Notes under the pieces: model-generated
What the model saw: the letters and a program-made list of their open reading frames with translations, nothing else
What the model was told of the DNA's origin: nothing
Database searches by the model: none
Shown: positions 1-15,966 of the stretch, piece after piece
How positions within the stretch are numbered: position 1 is the first letter of the stretch
Layout of the letters: each line of letters begins with the position of its first letter
Assembly (NCBI GenBank): GCA_964016885.1
Contig: OZ024743.1
Coordinates: 357,430,001-357,494,000, forward strand
Length of the DNA stretch: 64,000 nucleotides
Origin: Eledone cirrhosa
Lineage: Eukaryota
Direction of reading: 5' to 3'
Made by a program: the position numbers and the translations under genes

Positions 1-570
1 GTTGCTATTCCACTCATGTTTTCTATTTAATTTGGTTGGAGTTCATTTATGTTTATTGCCTCTGTGATTTGTCTAAACATTGTGTCTTTTCTGTGTGTAG
101 ATTCTATTTTGATTTCTATGTTCTCTAATTTGCCCTTATGTTCTATTTTATCATGTTGGTGGAGTATTGATGATTCTTTTTTATCTTGAAGTTCTCGCCA
201 GTGTTCATTTAACCGTTCTCCTATGCTACGAGCTGTCTCACCTATGTACACTATATTCTTATCTTTACATTGTCCTTCAGTACATCATATGCTATATACT
301 ACATTTCTAGTTTTACAGTTAATATGGAGGCTTAATTTACAGATTTTGCATTTCTTATCTATACAGTTTATATCATCAACGTAGCGGGAGTACATTATCA
401 GGGTTAAGAGGTTGCTGTCTTCTAATTGTTCTTTAAGTTTAAGTTTAAGTTTATTGTCCCACCATACCATGAATAGGTTAGCTATGTCACCTGCAATGCT
501 AACACCAATGGCTGCTCCCTCCTCTTGGGCATATGTTTTCCCAGAAATGTAGTATATATCATGGTATGAT
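1..570 (-). mobile_element. Penelope-like element fragment: RT core fused by internal deletion to the Cys-rich linker and GIY-YIG endonuclease (decayed)
   Basis: Minus-strand translation gives YAQEEGAAIGVSIAGDIANLFMVWW...YSRYVDDIN, joined directly to CIDKKCKIC..NCKTRNVVYSI*C..YIGETARSIGERL..EH. This is clearly homologous to the element at 17666-19584. Confidence 0.9.
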
Positions 571-574
571 AGCA

Positions 575-762
575 ATAAATACCAGAGTGTAATGTTCATC
601 AATACAACCTCTAGAGGTGAATTAGCTTACAAATTTAGAAGGTCCGTAGATAAACATAAACTTAATATTAAGATAGTAAAAAGACCAGGTACCACCATAA
701 AAACAGTTATTAGCAATACATACCCTTTTCAAAGACCTTCCTGTATAGATAAGAAATGCATA
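575..762 (+). mobile_element. Inverted piece of the same PLE (RT-EN linker)
   Basis: YQSVMFINTTSRGELAYKFRRSVDKHKLNIKIVKRPGTTIKTVISNTYPF..CIDKKCI aligns with YQSILFVDATPGGKLANQCRKALRKTHLNIKVVEKPGTTIKSLISKTYPF..CTNRKCI at 19021-19210. Positions 741-760 are the reverse complement of 347-366. Confidence 0.85.
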
Positions 763-764
763 AT

Positions 765-1400
765 CCGCCGCCGCCGCCGCCGCCGCCGCCATCACCAGTA
801 CAACCAATACCAAATTTCAGCACCATCAACCACCACCACCGCATCGCCATCAATACAACTAACACTATAACCGACACTATTAACAATACCACCAGCACCA
901 TGAACATTAACACCATCAAAACCACCACCACCACCACCACAAACCACCACCACCACCACCACCACCACCACCTCCAACACCATCAATAATACCGTCACTG
1001 TCAGCGCTATATCGATCATCGTCGCTATAATAAACCCCTACCCAACCTATATTATCCCTATCACACAGACAAACCCCCTCAAACACCGCCGCCACCACCA
1101 CCACCACCACCACCACCACACCACTACCACCGCCGCCACAGGTACGTCTGACGCCGCCGCACACCATCACCCTCACTGTGCAAACAACTTACACAGCCCA
1201 TGAAATCTAGTAGTTGAACTACCACTACCACAACCACAACCACCACCGCTACCCCCTACCACCACCGCCACCACCACCACCACCACCACCACCACCACCA
1301 CAACAACAACAACATTAACAGCAACATTTACAACAACTATCAGCAACAATAACACCAATAACATCAACACTATGACCACCACCTATATCTGCACAACCTT
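765..1400. repeat. Degenerate (CCG)n/(CCA)n/(CAA)n microsatellite region
   Basis: Visible triplet runs. Confidence 0.85.
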
Positions 1401-1511
1401 CGGCCGCATCACCTACCTCTACCACTAACACCACCACCATTACCAACAGAAATACTATCACCATCACTATTACAAGAACAACAGCAACAAAAAATAGTGG
1501 CACAGCGATCA

Positions 1512-1864
1512 ACAACACTACTACTACTACCTCTATTACTACCAACACTACTACTACTACTACCTCTATTACTACCAACACTACTACTACTACTACCTCT
1601 ATTACTACCAACACTACTACTACTACTACCTCTATTACTACCAACACTACTACTACTACTACCTCTATTACTACCAACACTACTACTACTACTACCTCTA
1701 TTACTACCAACATTACTACTACTACTACTACTACTACCTCTATTACTACCAACACTACTACTAATACTACCTCTATTACTACCAACACTACTACTACTAC
1801 TACCTCTATTACTACCAACATTACTACTACTACTACTACTACTACCTCTATTACTACCAAGACT

Positions 1865-1926
<62 letters not shown>

Positions 1927-2724
1927 CTCTATTACTACCAACACTACTACTACTACTACCTCCATTACTACCAACACTACTACTACTACTACCTCTATTA
2001 CTACCAACACTACTACTACTACTACCTCTATTACTACCAACACTACTACTACTACTACTACTACTACTACCTCTATTACTACCAACACTACTACTACTAC
2101 TACTACTACCTCTATTACTACCAACACTACTACTACTACCTCTATTACTACCAACACTACTACTACTACTACCAACATTACTACCAACACTACTACTAAT
2201 ACTACCTCTATTACTACCAACACTACTACTACTACTACCTCTATTACTACCAACATTACTACTACTACTACTACTACTACTACCTCTATTACTACCAACA
2301 CTACTACTACTACTACAACTATTACTACCAACACTACTACTACTACCTCTATTACTACCAACACTACTACTACTACCAACATTACTACCAACACTACTAC
2401 TAATACTACCTCTATTACTACCAACACTACTACTACTACTACCTTTATTACTACAAACACTACTACTACTACTACCTCTATTACTACCAACACTACTACT
2501 ACTACTACTACTACTACTACCAACACTACTACTACTACTACCTCCATTACTACCAACACTACTACTACTACTACCTCCATTACTACCAACACTACTACTA
2601 ATACTACTACGTCCATTACTACCAATACTACTACTACTACTACCTCCATTACTACCAACACTACTACTAATACTACCTCTATTACTACCAACACTACTAC
2701 TACTACTACCTCTATTACTACCAA

Positions 2725-2778
<54 letters not shown>

Positions 2779-2793
2779 CTCCATTACTACCAA

Positions 2794-2856
<63 letters not shown>

Positions 2857-2953
2857 CAACACTACTACTACACCCATTACTACCAACACTACTACTACTA
2901 CTATCTCTATTACTATCAACACTACTACTACTACCTCTATTACTACCAAGACT

Positions 2954-3039
<86 letters not shown>

Positions 3040-3258
3040 CTCTATTACTACCAACACTACTACTACTACTACCTCCATTACTACCAACACTACTACTACT
3101 ACCTCCATTACTACCAACACTACTACTACTACCACCTCTATTACTACCAACACTACTACTAATATTACTACCTCTATTACTACCTACACTAATACTACCT
3201 CCATTACTACCAACACTACTACTACTACTACCTCCATTATTACCAAAACTACTACTAT

Positions 3259-3303
<45 letters not shown>

Positions 3304-3351
3304 CTCTATTACTACCAACACTACTACTACTACTACCTCTATTACAACCAA

Positions 3352-3405
<54 letters not shown>

Positions 3406-3729
3406 CTCCATTACTACCAACACTACTACTACTACCTCCATTACTACGAACACTACTACTACTACCTCCATTACTACCAACACTACTACTACTACTACTA
3501 CCTCCATTACTACCAACACTACTACTACTACTACTACCTCCATTACTACCAACACTAATACTACTACTACTACCTCCATTACTACCAACACTAATACTAC
3601 TACTACTACCTCCATTACTACCAACACTAATACTACTACTACTACCTCCATTACTACCAACACTACTACTAATACTACTACCTCCATTACTACCAACACT
3701 ACTACTAATACTACCTCCATTACTACCAA

Positions 3730-3771
<42 letters not shown>

Positions 3772-3786
3772 CTCTATTACTACCAA

Positions 3787-3825
<39 letters not shown>

Positions 3826-3841
3826 CTCCATTACTACCAAA

Positions 3842-3897
<56 letters not shown>

Positions 3898-4527
3898 CTC
3901 CATTACAACCAACACTACTACTACTACTACCTCTATTACTACCAACACTACTACTACTACTACCTCTATTACTACCAACACTACTACTACTACTACTACT
4001 ACCTCTATTACAACCAACACTACTACTACTACTACCTCTATTACTACCAACACTACTACTACTACTACCTCTATTACTACCAACACTACTACTACTACTA
4101 CTACTACTACCTCCATTACAACCAACACTACTACTACTACTACCTCTATTACAACCAACACTACTACTACTACCTCTATTACTACCAACACTACTACTAC
4201 TACTACTACTACTACCTCCATTACAACCAACACTACTACTACTACTACCTCTATTACAACCAACACTACTACTACTACTACCTCTATTACTACCAACACT
4301 ACTACTACTACTACCTCCATTACTACCAACACTACTACTACTACTACCTCTATTACAACCAACACTACTACTACTACTACCTCTATTACTACCTACACTA
4401 CTACTACTACTACCTCCATTACTACCAACACTACTACTACTACTACTACTACCTCTATTACTACCAACACTACTACTACTACTACCTCGATTACTACCAA
4501 CACTACTACTACTACTACCTCCATTAA

Positions 4528-4587
<60 letters not shown>

Positions 4588-4848
4588 CTCTATTACTACC
4601 TACACTACTACTACTACTACCTCTATTACTACCAACACTACTACTACTACTACTACCTCCATTACAACCAACACTACTACTACTACTACCTCTATTACTA
4701 CCAACACTACTACTACTACTACCTCCATTACTACCAACACTACTACTACTACTACTACTACCTCCATTACTACCAACACTACTACTACTACTACTACCTC
4801 CATTACTACCAACACTACTACTAATACTACTACCTCTATTACTACCAA

Positions 4849-4887
<39 letters not shown>

Positions 4888-4902
4888 CTCTATTACTACC
4901 AA

Positions 4903-4956
<54 letters not shown>

Positions 4957-5025
4957 CTCCATTACTACCAACACTACTACTAATACTACCTCCATTACTA
5001 CCAACACTACCTCTATTACTACCAA

Positions 5026-5088
<63 letters not shown>

Positions 5089-5290
5089 CTCCATTACTAC
5101 CAACACTACTACTAATACTACCTCCATTACTACCAACACTACTACTATTACTACCTCCATTACTACCAACACTACTACTACTACTACTACTACTACTACC
5201 TCTATTACTACCAACACTACAACTACTACTACTACTACTACTACTACCTCCATTACTTACCAACACTACTACTACTACTACCTCCATTAA

Positions 5291-5350
<60 letters not shown>

Positions 5351-6205
5351 CTCTATTACTACCAACACTACTACTAATACTACCTCCATTACTACCAACA
5401 CTACTACTACTACTACCTCTATTACTACCAACACTACTACTACTACTACCTCTATTACTACCAACACTACTACTACTACTACTACCTCTATTACTACCAA
5501 CACTACTACTACTACTACTACCTCCATTACTACCAACACTACTACTACTACTACCTCTATTACTACCAACACTACTACTACTACTACCTCTATTACTACC
5601 AACACTACTACTACTACTACTACCTCTATTACTACCAACACTACTACTACTACCTCTATTACTACCAACACTACTACTACTACTACCAACATTACTACCA
5701 ACACTACTACTAATACTACCTCTATTACTACCAACACTACTACTACTACTACCTCTATTACTACCAACATTACTACTACTACTACTACTACTACTACCTC
5801 TATTACTACCAACACTACTACTACTACTACAACTATTACTACCAACACTACTACTACTACCTCTATTACTACCAACACTACTACTACTACCAACATTACT
5901 ACCAACACTACTACTACTACTACCTTTATTACTACAAACACTACTACTACTACTACCTCTATTACTACCAACACTACTACTACTACTACTACTACTACTA
6001 CCAACACTACTACTACTACTACCTCCATTACTACCAACACTACTACTACTACTACCTCCATTACTACCAACACTACTACTAATACTACTACGTCCATTAC
6101 TACCAATACTACTACTACTACTACCTCCATTACTACCAACACTACTACTAATACTACCTCTATTACTACCAACACTACTACTACTACTACCTCTATTACT
6201 ACCAA

Positions 6206-6259
<54 letters not shown>

Positions 6260-6274
6260 CTCCATTACTACCAA

Positions 6275-6331
<57 letters not shown>

Positions 6332-6428
6332 CAACACTACTACTACACCCATTACTACCAACACTACTACTACTACTATCTCTATTACTATCAACACTAC
6401 TACTACTACCTCTATTACTACCAAGACT

Positions 6429-6511
<83 letters not shown>

Positions 6512-6730
6512 CTCTATTACTACCAACACTACTACTACTACTACCTCCATTACTACCAACACTACTACTACTACCTCCATTACTACCAACACTACTACTA
6601 CTACCACCTCTATTACTACCAACACTACTACTAATATTACTACCTCTATTACTACCTACACTAATACTACCTCCATTACTACCAACACTACTACTACTAC
6701 TACCTCCATTATTACCAAAACTACTACTAT

Positions 6731-6775
<45 letters not shown>

Positions 6776-6823
6776 CTCTATTACTACCAACACTACTACT
6801 ACTACTACCTCTATTACAACCAA

Positions 6824-6877
<54 letters not shown>

Positions 6878-7072
6878 CTCCATTACTACCAACACTACTA
6901 CTACTACTACTACCTCTATTACTACCAACACTACTACTACTACTACCTCCATTACTACCAACACTACTACTACTACCTCCATTACTACCAACACTACTAC
7001 TACTACTAGTACTACTACCTCTATTACTACCAACACTACAACTACTACTACTACTACTACTACCTCCATTAA

Positions 7073-7114
<42 letters not shown>

Positions 7115-8512
7115 CTCTATTACTACCAACACTACTACTAATACTACCTCCATTACTACCAACACTAGTACTACTACTACCTCTATTACTACCAACACTA
7201 CTACTACTACTACCTCTATTACTACCAACACTACTACTACTACTACTACGTCCATTACTACCAACACTACTACTACTACTACCTCCATTACTACCAACAC
7301 TACTACTACTACTACCTCCATTACAACCAACACTGCTACTACTACTACCTCTATTACTACCAACACTACTACTACTACTACCTCCATTACTACCAACACT
7401 ACTACTACTACTACTACCTCCATTACTACCAACACTACTACTACTACTACTACCTCCATTACTACCAACACTACTACTACTACTACCTCTATTACTACCA
7501 ACACTACTAATACTACCTCCATTACTACCAACACTACTACTACTACTACCTCCATTACTACCAACACTGCTACTACTACTACCTCCATTACTACCAACAC
7601 TACTACTACTACTACTACGTCCATTACTACCAACACTACTACTACTACTACCTCCATTACTACCAACACTACTACTACTACTACCTCCATTACAACCAAC
7701 ACTGCTACTACTACTACCTCTATTACTACCAACACTACTACTACTACTACTACCTCCATTACTACCAACACTACTACTACTACTGCTACCTCCATTACTA
7801 CCAACACTACTACTACTACTACCTCCATTACTACCAACACTACTACTACTACTACCTCCATTACAACCAACACTGCTACTACTACTACCTCCATTACAAC
7901 CAACACTACTACTACTACTACCTGTATTACTACCAACACTACTACTACTACTACCTCTATTACTACCAACACTACTACTACCTCTATTACTACCAACACT
8001 ACTACTACTACTACTATTACTACTACTACTACTACTACTACTACTAATACTACCTCCATTACTACCAACACTACTACTACTACCTCCATGACTACCTCTA
8101 CTACTACTACTACCTCCATTATTACCAAAACTACTACTACTACTATTACTACTACTAATACTACCTCTATTACTACCAACACTACTACTACTACTACCTC
8201 CATTACAACCAACGCTACTACTACTACTACCTCTATTACTACCAACACTACTACTACTACCTCCATTACTACGAACACTACTACTACTACCTCCATTACT
8301 ACCAACACTACTACTACTACTACTACCTCCATTACTACCAACACTACTACTACTACTACTACCTCCATTACTACCAACACTAATACTACTACTACCTCCA
8401 TTACTACCAACACTACTACTAATACTACTACCTCCATTACTACCAACACTACTACTAATACTACCTCCATTACTACCAACACTACTACTACTACTACCTC
8501 TATTACTACCAA

Positions 8513-8551
<39 letters not shown>

Positions 8552-8567
8552 CTCCATTACTACCAAA

Positions 8568-8626
<59 letters not shown>

Positions 8627-9181
8627 CTCTATTACTACCAACACTACTACTACTACTACCTCTATTACAACCAACACTACTACTACTACTACCTCTATTA
8701 CTACCAACACTACTACTACTACTACCTCTATTACTACCAACACTACTACTACTACTACTACTACCTCCATTACAACCAACACTACTACTACTACTACCTC
8801 TATTACAACCAACACTACTACTACTACCTCTATTACTACCAACACTACTACTACTACTACTACTACTACCTCCATTACAACCAACACTACTACTACTACT
8901 ACCTCTATTACTACCTACACTACTACTACTACTACCTCTATTACTACCAACACTACTACTACTACTACCTCCATTACTACCAACACTACTACTACTACTA
9001 CCTCTATTACAACCAACACTACTACTACTACTACCTCTATTACTACCTACACTACTACTACTACTACCTCCATTACTACCAACACTACTACTACTACTAC
9101 TACTACCTCTATTACTACCAACACTACTACTACTACTACCTCGATTACTACCAACACTACTACTACTACTACCTCCATTAA

Positions 9182-9241
<60 letters not shown>

Positions 9242-9502
9242 CTCTATTACTACCTACACTACTACTACTACTACCTCTATTACTACCAACACTACTACTA
9301 CTACTACTACCTCCATTACAACCAACACTACTACTACTACTACCTCTATTACTACCAACACTACTACTACTACTACCTCCATTACTACCAACACTACTAC
9401 TACTACTACTACTACCTCCATTACTACCAACACTACTACTACTACTACTACCTCCATTACTACCAACACTACTACTAATACTACTACCTCTATTACTACC
9501 AA

Positions 9503-9541
<39 letters not shown>

Positions 9542-9556
9542 CTCTATTACTACCAA

Positions 9557-9619
<63 letters not shown>

Positions 9620-9691
9620 CTCTATTACTACCAACACTACTACTACTAATACTACCTCCATTACTACCAACACTACCTCTATTACTACCAA

Positions 9692-9757
<66 letters not shown>

Positions 9758-9772
9758 CTCTATTACTACCAA

Positions 9773-9811
<39 letters not shown>

Positions 9812-9826
9812 CTCTATTACTACCAA

Positions 9827-9865
<39 letters not shown>

Positions 9866-9880
9866 CTCTATTACTACCAA

Positions 9881-9919
<39 letters not shown>

Positions 9920-10033
9920 CTCCATTACTACCAACACTACTACTACTACTACTACTACCTCTATTACTACCAACACTACTACTACTACTACCTCGATTAC
10001 TACCAACACTACTACTACTACTACCTCCATTAA

Positions 10034-10099
<66 letters not shown>

Positions 10100-10114
10100 C
10101 TCTATTACTACCAA

Positions 10115-10153
<39 letters not shown>

Positions 10154-10168
10154 CTCTATTACTACCAA

Positions 10169-10210
<42 letters not shown>

Positions 10211-10225
10211 CTCTATTACTACCAA

Positions 10226-10264
<39 letters not shown>

Positions 10265-10378
10265 CTCCATTACTACCAACACTACTACTACTACTACTAC
10301 TACCTCTATTACTACCAACACTACTACTACTACTACCTCGATTACTACCAACACTACTACTACTACTACCTCCATTAA

Positions 10379-10450
<72 letters not shown>

Positions 10451-10465
10451 CTCTATTACTACCAA

Positions 10466-10504
<39 letters not shown>

Positions 10505-10519
10505 CTCTATTACTACCAA

Positions 10520-10558
<39 letters not shown>

Positions 10559-10573
10559 CTCTATTACTACCAA

Positions 10574-10612
<39 letters not shown>

Positions 10613-10726
10613 CTCCATTACTACCAACACTACTACTACTACTACTACTACCTCTATTACTACCAACACTACTACTACTACTACCTCGATTACTACCAAC
10701 ACTACTACTACTACTACCTCCATTAA

Positions 10727-10786
<60 letters not shown>

Positions 10787-11047
10787 CTCTATTACTACCT
10801 ACACTACTACTACTACTACCTCTATTACTACCAACACTACTACTACTACTACTACCTCCATTACAACCAACACTACTACTACTACTACCTCTATTACTAC
10901 CAACACTACTACTACTACTACCTCCATTACTACCAACACTACTACTACTACTACTACTACCTCCATTACTACCAACACTACTACTACTACTACTACCTCC
11001 ATTACTACCAACACTACTACTAATACTACTACCTCTATTACTACCAA

Positions 11048-11086
<39 letters not shown>

Positions 11087-11101
11087 CTCTATTACTACCA
11101 A

Positions 11102-11161
<60 letters not shown>

Positions 11162-11233
11162 CTCTATTACTACCAACACTACTACTACTAATACTACCTC
11201 CATTACTACCAACACTACCTCTATTACTACCAA

Positions 11234-11296
<63 letters not shown>

Positions 11297-11380
11297 CTCT
11301 ATTACTACCAACACTACTACTACTAATACTACCTCCATTACTACCAACACTACTACTATTACTACCTCCATTACTACCAA

Positions 11381-11413
<33 letters not shown>

Positions 11414-11456
11414 CTCCATTACTTACCAACACTACTACTACTACTACCTCCATTAA

Positions 11457-11516
<60 letters not shown>

Positions 11517-13349
11517 CTCTATTACTACCAACACTACTACTAATACTACCTCCATTACTACCAACACTACTACTACTACTACCTCTATTACTACCAACAC
11601 TACTACTACTACTACCTCTATTACTACCAACACTACTACTACTACTACTACCTCTATTACTACCAACACTACTACTACTACTACTACCTCCATTACTACC
11701 AACACTACTACTACTACTACCTCTATTACTACCAACACTACTACTACTACTACTACCTCTATTACTACCAACACTACTACTACTACTACTACCTCCATTA
11801 CTACCAACACTACTACTACTACTACTACTACCTCCATTACAACAACACTGCTACTACTACTACCTCCATTACTACCAACACTACTACTACTACTACTACT
11901 ACCTCCATTACAACAACACTGCTACTACTACTACCTCCATTACAACCAACACTACTACTACTACTACTACTACCTCCATTACAACCAACACTGCTACTAC
12001 TACTACCTCTATTACTACCAACACTACTACTACTACTAATACTACCTCCATTACTACCAACACTACTACTACTACTACCTCCATTACTACCAACACTACT
12101 ACTACTACTACTACTACCTCCATTACAACAACACTGCTACTACTACTACCTCCATTACTACCAACACTACTACTACTACTACTACTACCTCCATTACAAC
12201 AACACTGCTACTACTACTACCTCCATTACAACCAACACTACTACTACTACTACTACTACCTCCATTACAACCAACACTGCTACTACTACTACCTCTATTA
12301 CTACCAACACTACTACTACTACTAATACTACCTCCATTACTACCAACACTACTACTACTACTACCTCCATTACTACCAACACTACTACTACTACTACTAC
12401 TACCTCCATTACAACAACACTGCTACTACTACTACCTCCATTACTACCAACACTACTACTACTACTACTACTACCTCCATTACAACAACACTGCTACTAC
12501 TACTACCTCCATTACAACCAACACTACTACTACTACTACTACTACCTCCATTACAACCAACACTGCTACTACTACTACCTCTATTACTACCAACACTACT
12601 ACTACTACTAATACTACCTCCATTACTACCAACACTGCTACTACTACTACCTCCACTACAACCAACACTGCTACTACTACTACCTCTATTACTACCAACA
12701 CTACTACTACTACTACCTCCATTACTACCAACACTACTACTACTACTACTACTACCTCCATTACAACAACACTGCTACTACTACTACCTCCATTACTACC
12801 AACACTACTACTACTACTACTACTACCTCCATTACAACAACACTGCTACTACTACTACCTCCACTACAACCAACACTGCTACTACTACTACCTCCATTAC
12901 AACCAACACTGCTACTACTACTACCTCCATTACTACCAACACTACTACTACTACTACTACTACCTCCATTACTACCAACACTACTACTACTACTACTACT
13001 ACCTCTATTACTACCAACACTACTACTACTACTACCTCCATTACTACCAACACTACTACTACTACTACTACCTCCATTACAACCAACACTACTACTACTA
13101 CTACTACCTCCATTACAACAACACTGCTACTACTACTACCTCTATTACTACCAACACTACTAATACTACCTCCATTACTACCAACACTACTACTACTACT
13201 ACCTCCATTACAACCAACACTGCTACTACTACTACCTCTATTACTACCAACACTACTACTACTACTACCTCTACTACTTCCAACACTACTACTACTACTA
13301 CCTCTATTACTACCAACACTACTACTACTACTACCTCTATTACTACCAA

Positions 13350-13414
<65 letters not shown>

Positions 13415-13467
13415 ATACTACCTCCATTACTACCAACACTACTACTACTACCTCCATTACTACCAAA

Positions 13468-13546
<79 letters not shown>

Positions 13547-13634
13547 ATACTACCTCTATTACTACCAACACTACTACTACTACTACCTCCATTACAACCA
13601 ACGCTACTACTACTACTACCTCTATTACTACCAA

Positions 13635-13694
<60 letters not shown>

Positions 13695-14051
13695 CTCCAT
13701 TACTACCAACACTACTACTACTACTACCTCCATTACAACCAACACTACTACTACTACTACCTCCATTACAACCAACACTACTACTACTACTACCTCTATT
13801 ACTACCAACACTACTACTACTACTACCTCTATTACTACCAACACTACTACTACTACTACCTCCATTACAACCAACACTACTACTACTACTACCTCTATTA
13901 CTACCAACACTACTACTACTACTACCTCTATTACTACCAACACTACTACTACTACTACCTCCATTACAACCAACACTACTACTACTACTACCTCTATTAC
14001 TACCAACACTACTACTACTACTACTACTACTACTACCTCCATTACTACCAA

Positions 14052-14105
<54 letters not shown>

Positions 14106-14153
14106 CTCCATTACTACGAACACTACTACTACTACTACCTCCATTACTACCAA

Positions 14154-14186
<33 letters not shown>

Positions 14187-14681
14187 CTCCATTACTACCA
14201 ACACTACTACTACTACTACTACTACTACTACCTCTATTACTACCAGCACTACTACTAATACTACCTCCATTACTACCAACATTACTACTACTACTACCTC
14301 TATTACTACCAACACTACTACTACTACCTCCATTACTACCAGCACTACTACTACTACCTCCATTACTACCAACACTACTACTAATACTACCTCCATTACT
14401 ACCAACACTACTACTACCTCCATTACTACCAACACTACTACTACTACTACTACACTACTACTACTACTACCTCCATTACTACCAACATTACTACTACTAC
14501 TACCTCTATTACTACCAACACTACTACTACTGCCTCCATTACTACCAACACTACTACTACTACTACCTCCATTACTACCAAAACTACAACTAATACTACC
14601 TCCATTACTACCAACATTACTACTACTACTACCTCTATTACTACCAACACTACTACTACTACTACTTCCACTACGACCACT
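1512..14681 (+). repeat. ~13 kb compound minisatellite (ACT)n-ACC-TCY-ATT-ACT-ACC-AAC with higher-order duplications; reads (T)n-S-I-T-T-N in one frame
   Basis: The unit is visible throughout. Rare variant units recur about 3470 bp apart (e.g. ACACCCATT at ~2870 and ~6345; ATCTCTATTACTATCAAC at ~2903 and ~6378). A 286-bp sub-period is seen at 11908/12194/12480. Confidence 0.95.
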
Positions 14682-14966
14682 GTGAGACAGTTATAAAAAC
14701 AAGGTTTGGCAATGAAAGAAACCAAAAATCTAAGTCCAGTGACCCTTTAGCTCTGCTGTCGAATCACTAACTCCATGAAATTAATTCTCGAAGCCCTAAC
14801 CAGTTCTACCAGAAACGTGAGACCGTACACACACACATACGCACATACATGTACATATATGAATAAATACATCTATCTATCCACTCATCCAAGCATGCAT
14901 ACATACATACAAACATACATGAATTAAGACACACACACACACACATATACACACACCCACATAAGC

Positions 14967-14999
<33 letters not shown>

Positions 15000-15087
15000 A
15001 TGTAGGAGGTGAGTTTTATTGTAGTACAATAAAGCAATGCAGATATCGGATAAGAAGCACTCTACAGTTTGTGGGACTGGAGTATGC

Positions 15088-15440
15088 ATAATATAAGATC
15101 AAAAGATGGTTAATGGAGTTCCATATATTTTATTATGCGCATTTCAAAAACAAACATCATCAAGCAATAATATTTGTGTTTTCATCAGATAAAACAGGAG
15201 AACATGATATGAAGGCTAAAAAACACTTGTGGATAGTGCAGTTTTAAATCAACATATGATGATATCATTGATATGTTGATTTAAAACTGCACTATCCACA
15301 AGTGTTTTTTAGCCTTCATATCATGTTCTCCTGTTTTATCTGATGAAAACACAAATATTATTGCTTGATGATGTTTGTTTTTGAAATGCGCATAATAAAA
15401 TATATGGAACTCCTTTAACCATCTTTTGATCTTATATTAT
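15088..15440. mobile_element. ~350-bp near-perfect palindrome (PLE pLTR-like) with a hammerhead ribozyme on each strand
   Basis: The arms are reverse complements around ~15263, and (TA)n follows. Confidence 0.85.
15334..15400 (+). ncRNA. Type I hammerhead ribozyme (mirror copy on the minus strand at ~15128-15194)
   Basis: ttttat-CTGATGA-long stem II-GAAA-TGCGCA-TA-ataaaa. Stem I ttttat/ataaaa, palindromic stem III, AUA cleavage triplet. Confidence 0.75.
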
Positions 15441-15456
15441 ATATATATATATATAT

Positions 15457-15490
<34 letters not shown>

Positions 15491-15495
<5 letters not shown>

Positions 15496-15685
15496 GATGA
15501 GATTCTACAGGACTAGAACTGTTTCATTCTTTAGAAATCATCAGGAATCTGCAGATTCCTGATGATTTCTAAAGAATGAAACAGTTCTAGTCCTGTAGAA
15601 TCTCATCTATATTAAAACTTTTATACTCTGCAATGTATTGAGTACCTTACTTACTGTGGTTACCTCCGATTCAACCCGGAATAAC

Positions 15686-15690
<5 letters not shown>
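15491..15690 (+). mobile_element. Short pLTR-like element with a 5' palindrome (15491-15612), flanked by (TA)n
   Basis: Perfect inverted arms centred on CTGCAG (15549-15554), followed by a unique 3' tail. A related copy lies at 37705-38088. Confidence 0.8.
15554..15602 (+). ncRNA. Type I hammerhead ribozyme (mirror copy on the minus strand at 15501-15549)
   Basis: gattc-CTGATGA-tttctaaagaat-GAAAC-AG-ttctagtc-CT-GTA-gaatc. Stems I and III pair; GUA cleavage site. Confidence 0.8.
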
Positions 15691-15782
<92 letters not shown>

Positions 15783-15966
15783 CGGCGATGAATTAGTTCT
15801 GCGAGGTTTTTGATATGAAATCGTGTGTCGAAACAAATATTATTATACTTGGGGAGGGTCATATTCGTGTAATATTGCCAGAATTAATAACAGAACACAC
15901 TCACTGCTTGATTGGTTTTCGCTTCTGTGTCTTTTATATCGGTTAATTTAATTTATTCGGTCCTCA

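Noticed and set aside
285-287. In-frame TGA next to Cys in the GIY-YIG region as possible selenocysteine (known in some PLE clades)
   Set aside because: The paralogous element has Arg here (SIRC), so it is most simply a nonsense mutation in a dead fragment. No SECIS was seen.
1315-14725. Very long poly-Val, poly-Ser/Gly and poly-Leu ORFs, including the 3319-aa ORF
   Set aside because: These are alternative frames and strands of a stop-poor triplet repeat. The 3319-aa ORF changes from Leu to Thr repeats at a 1-bp insertion, so it is not a coherent protein.
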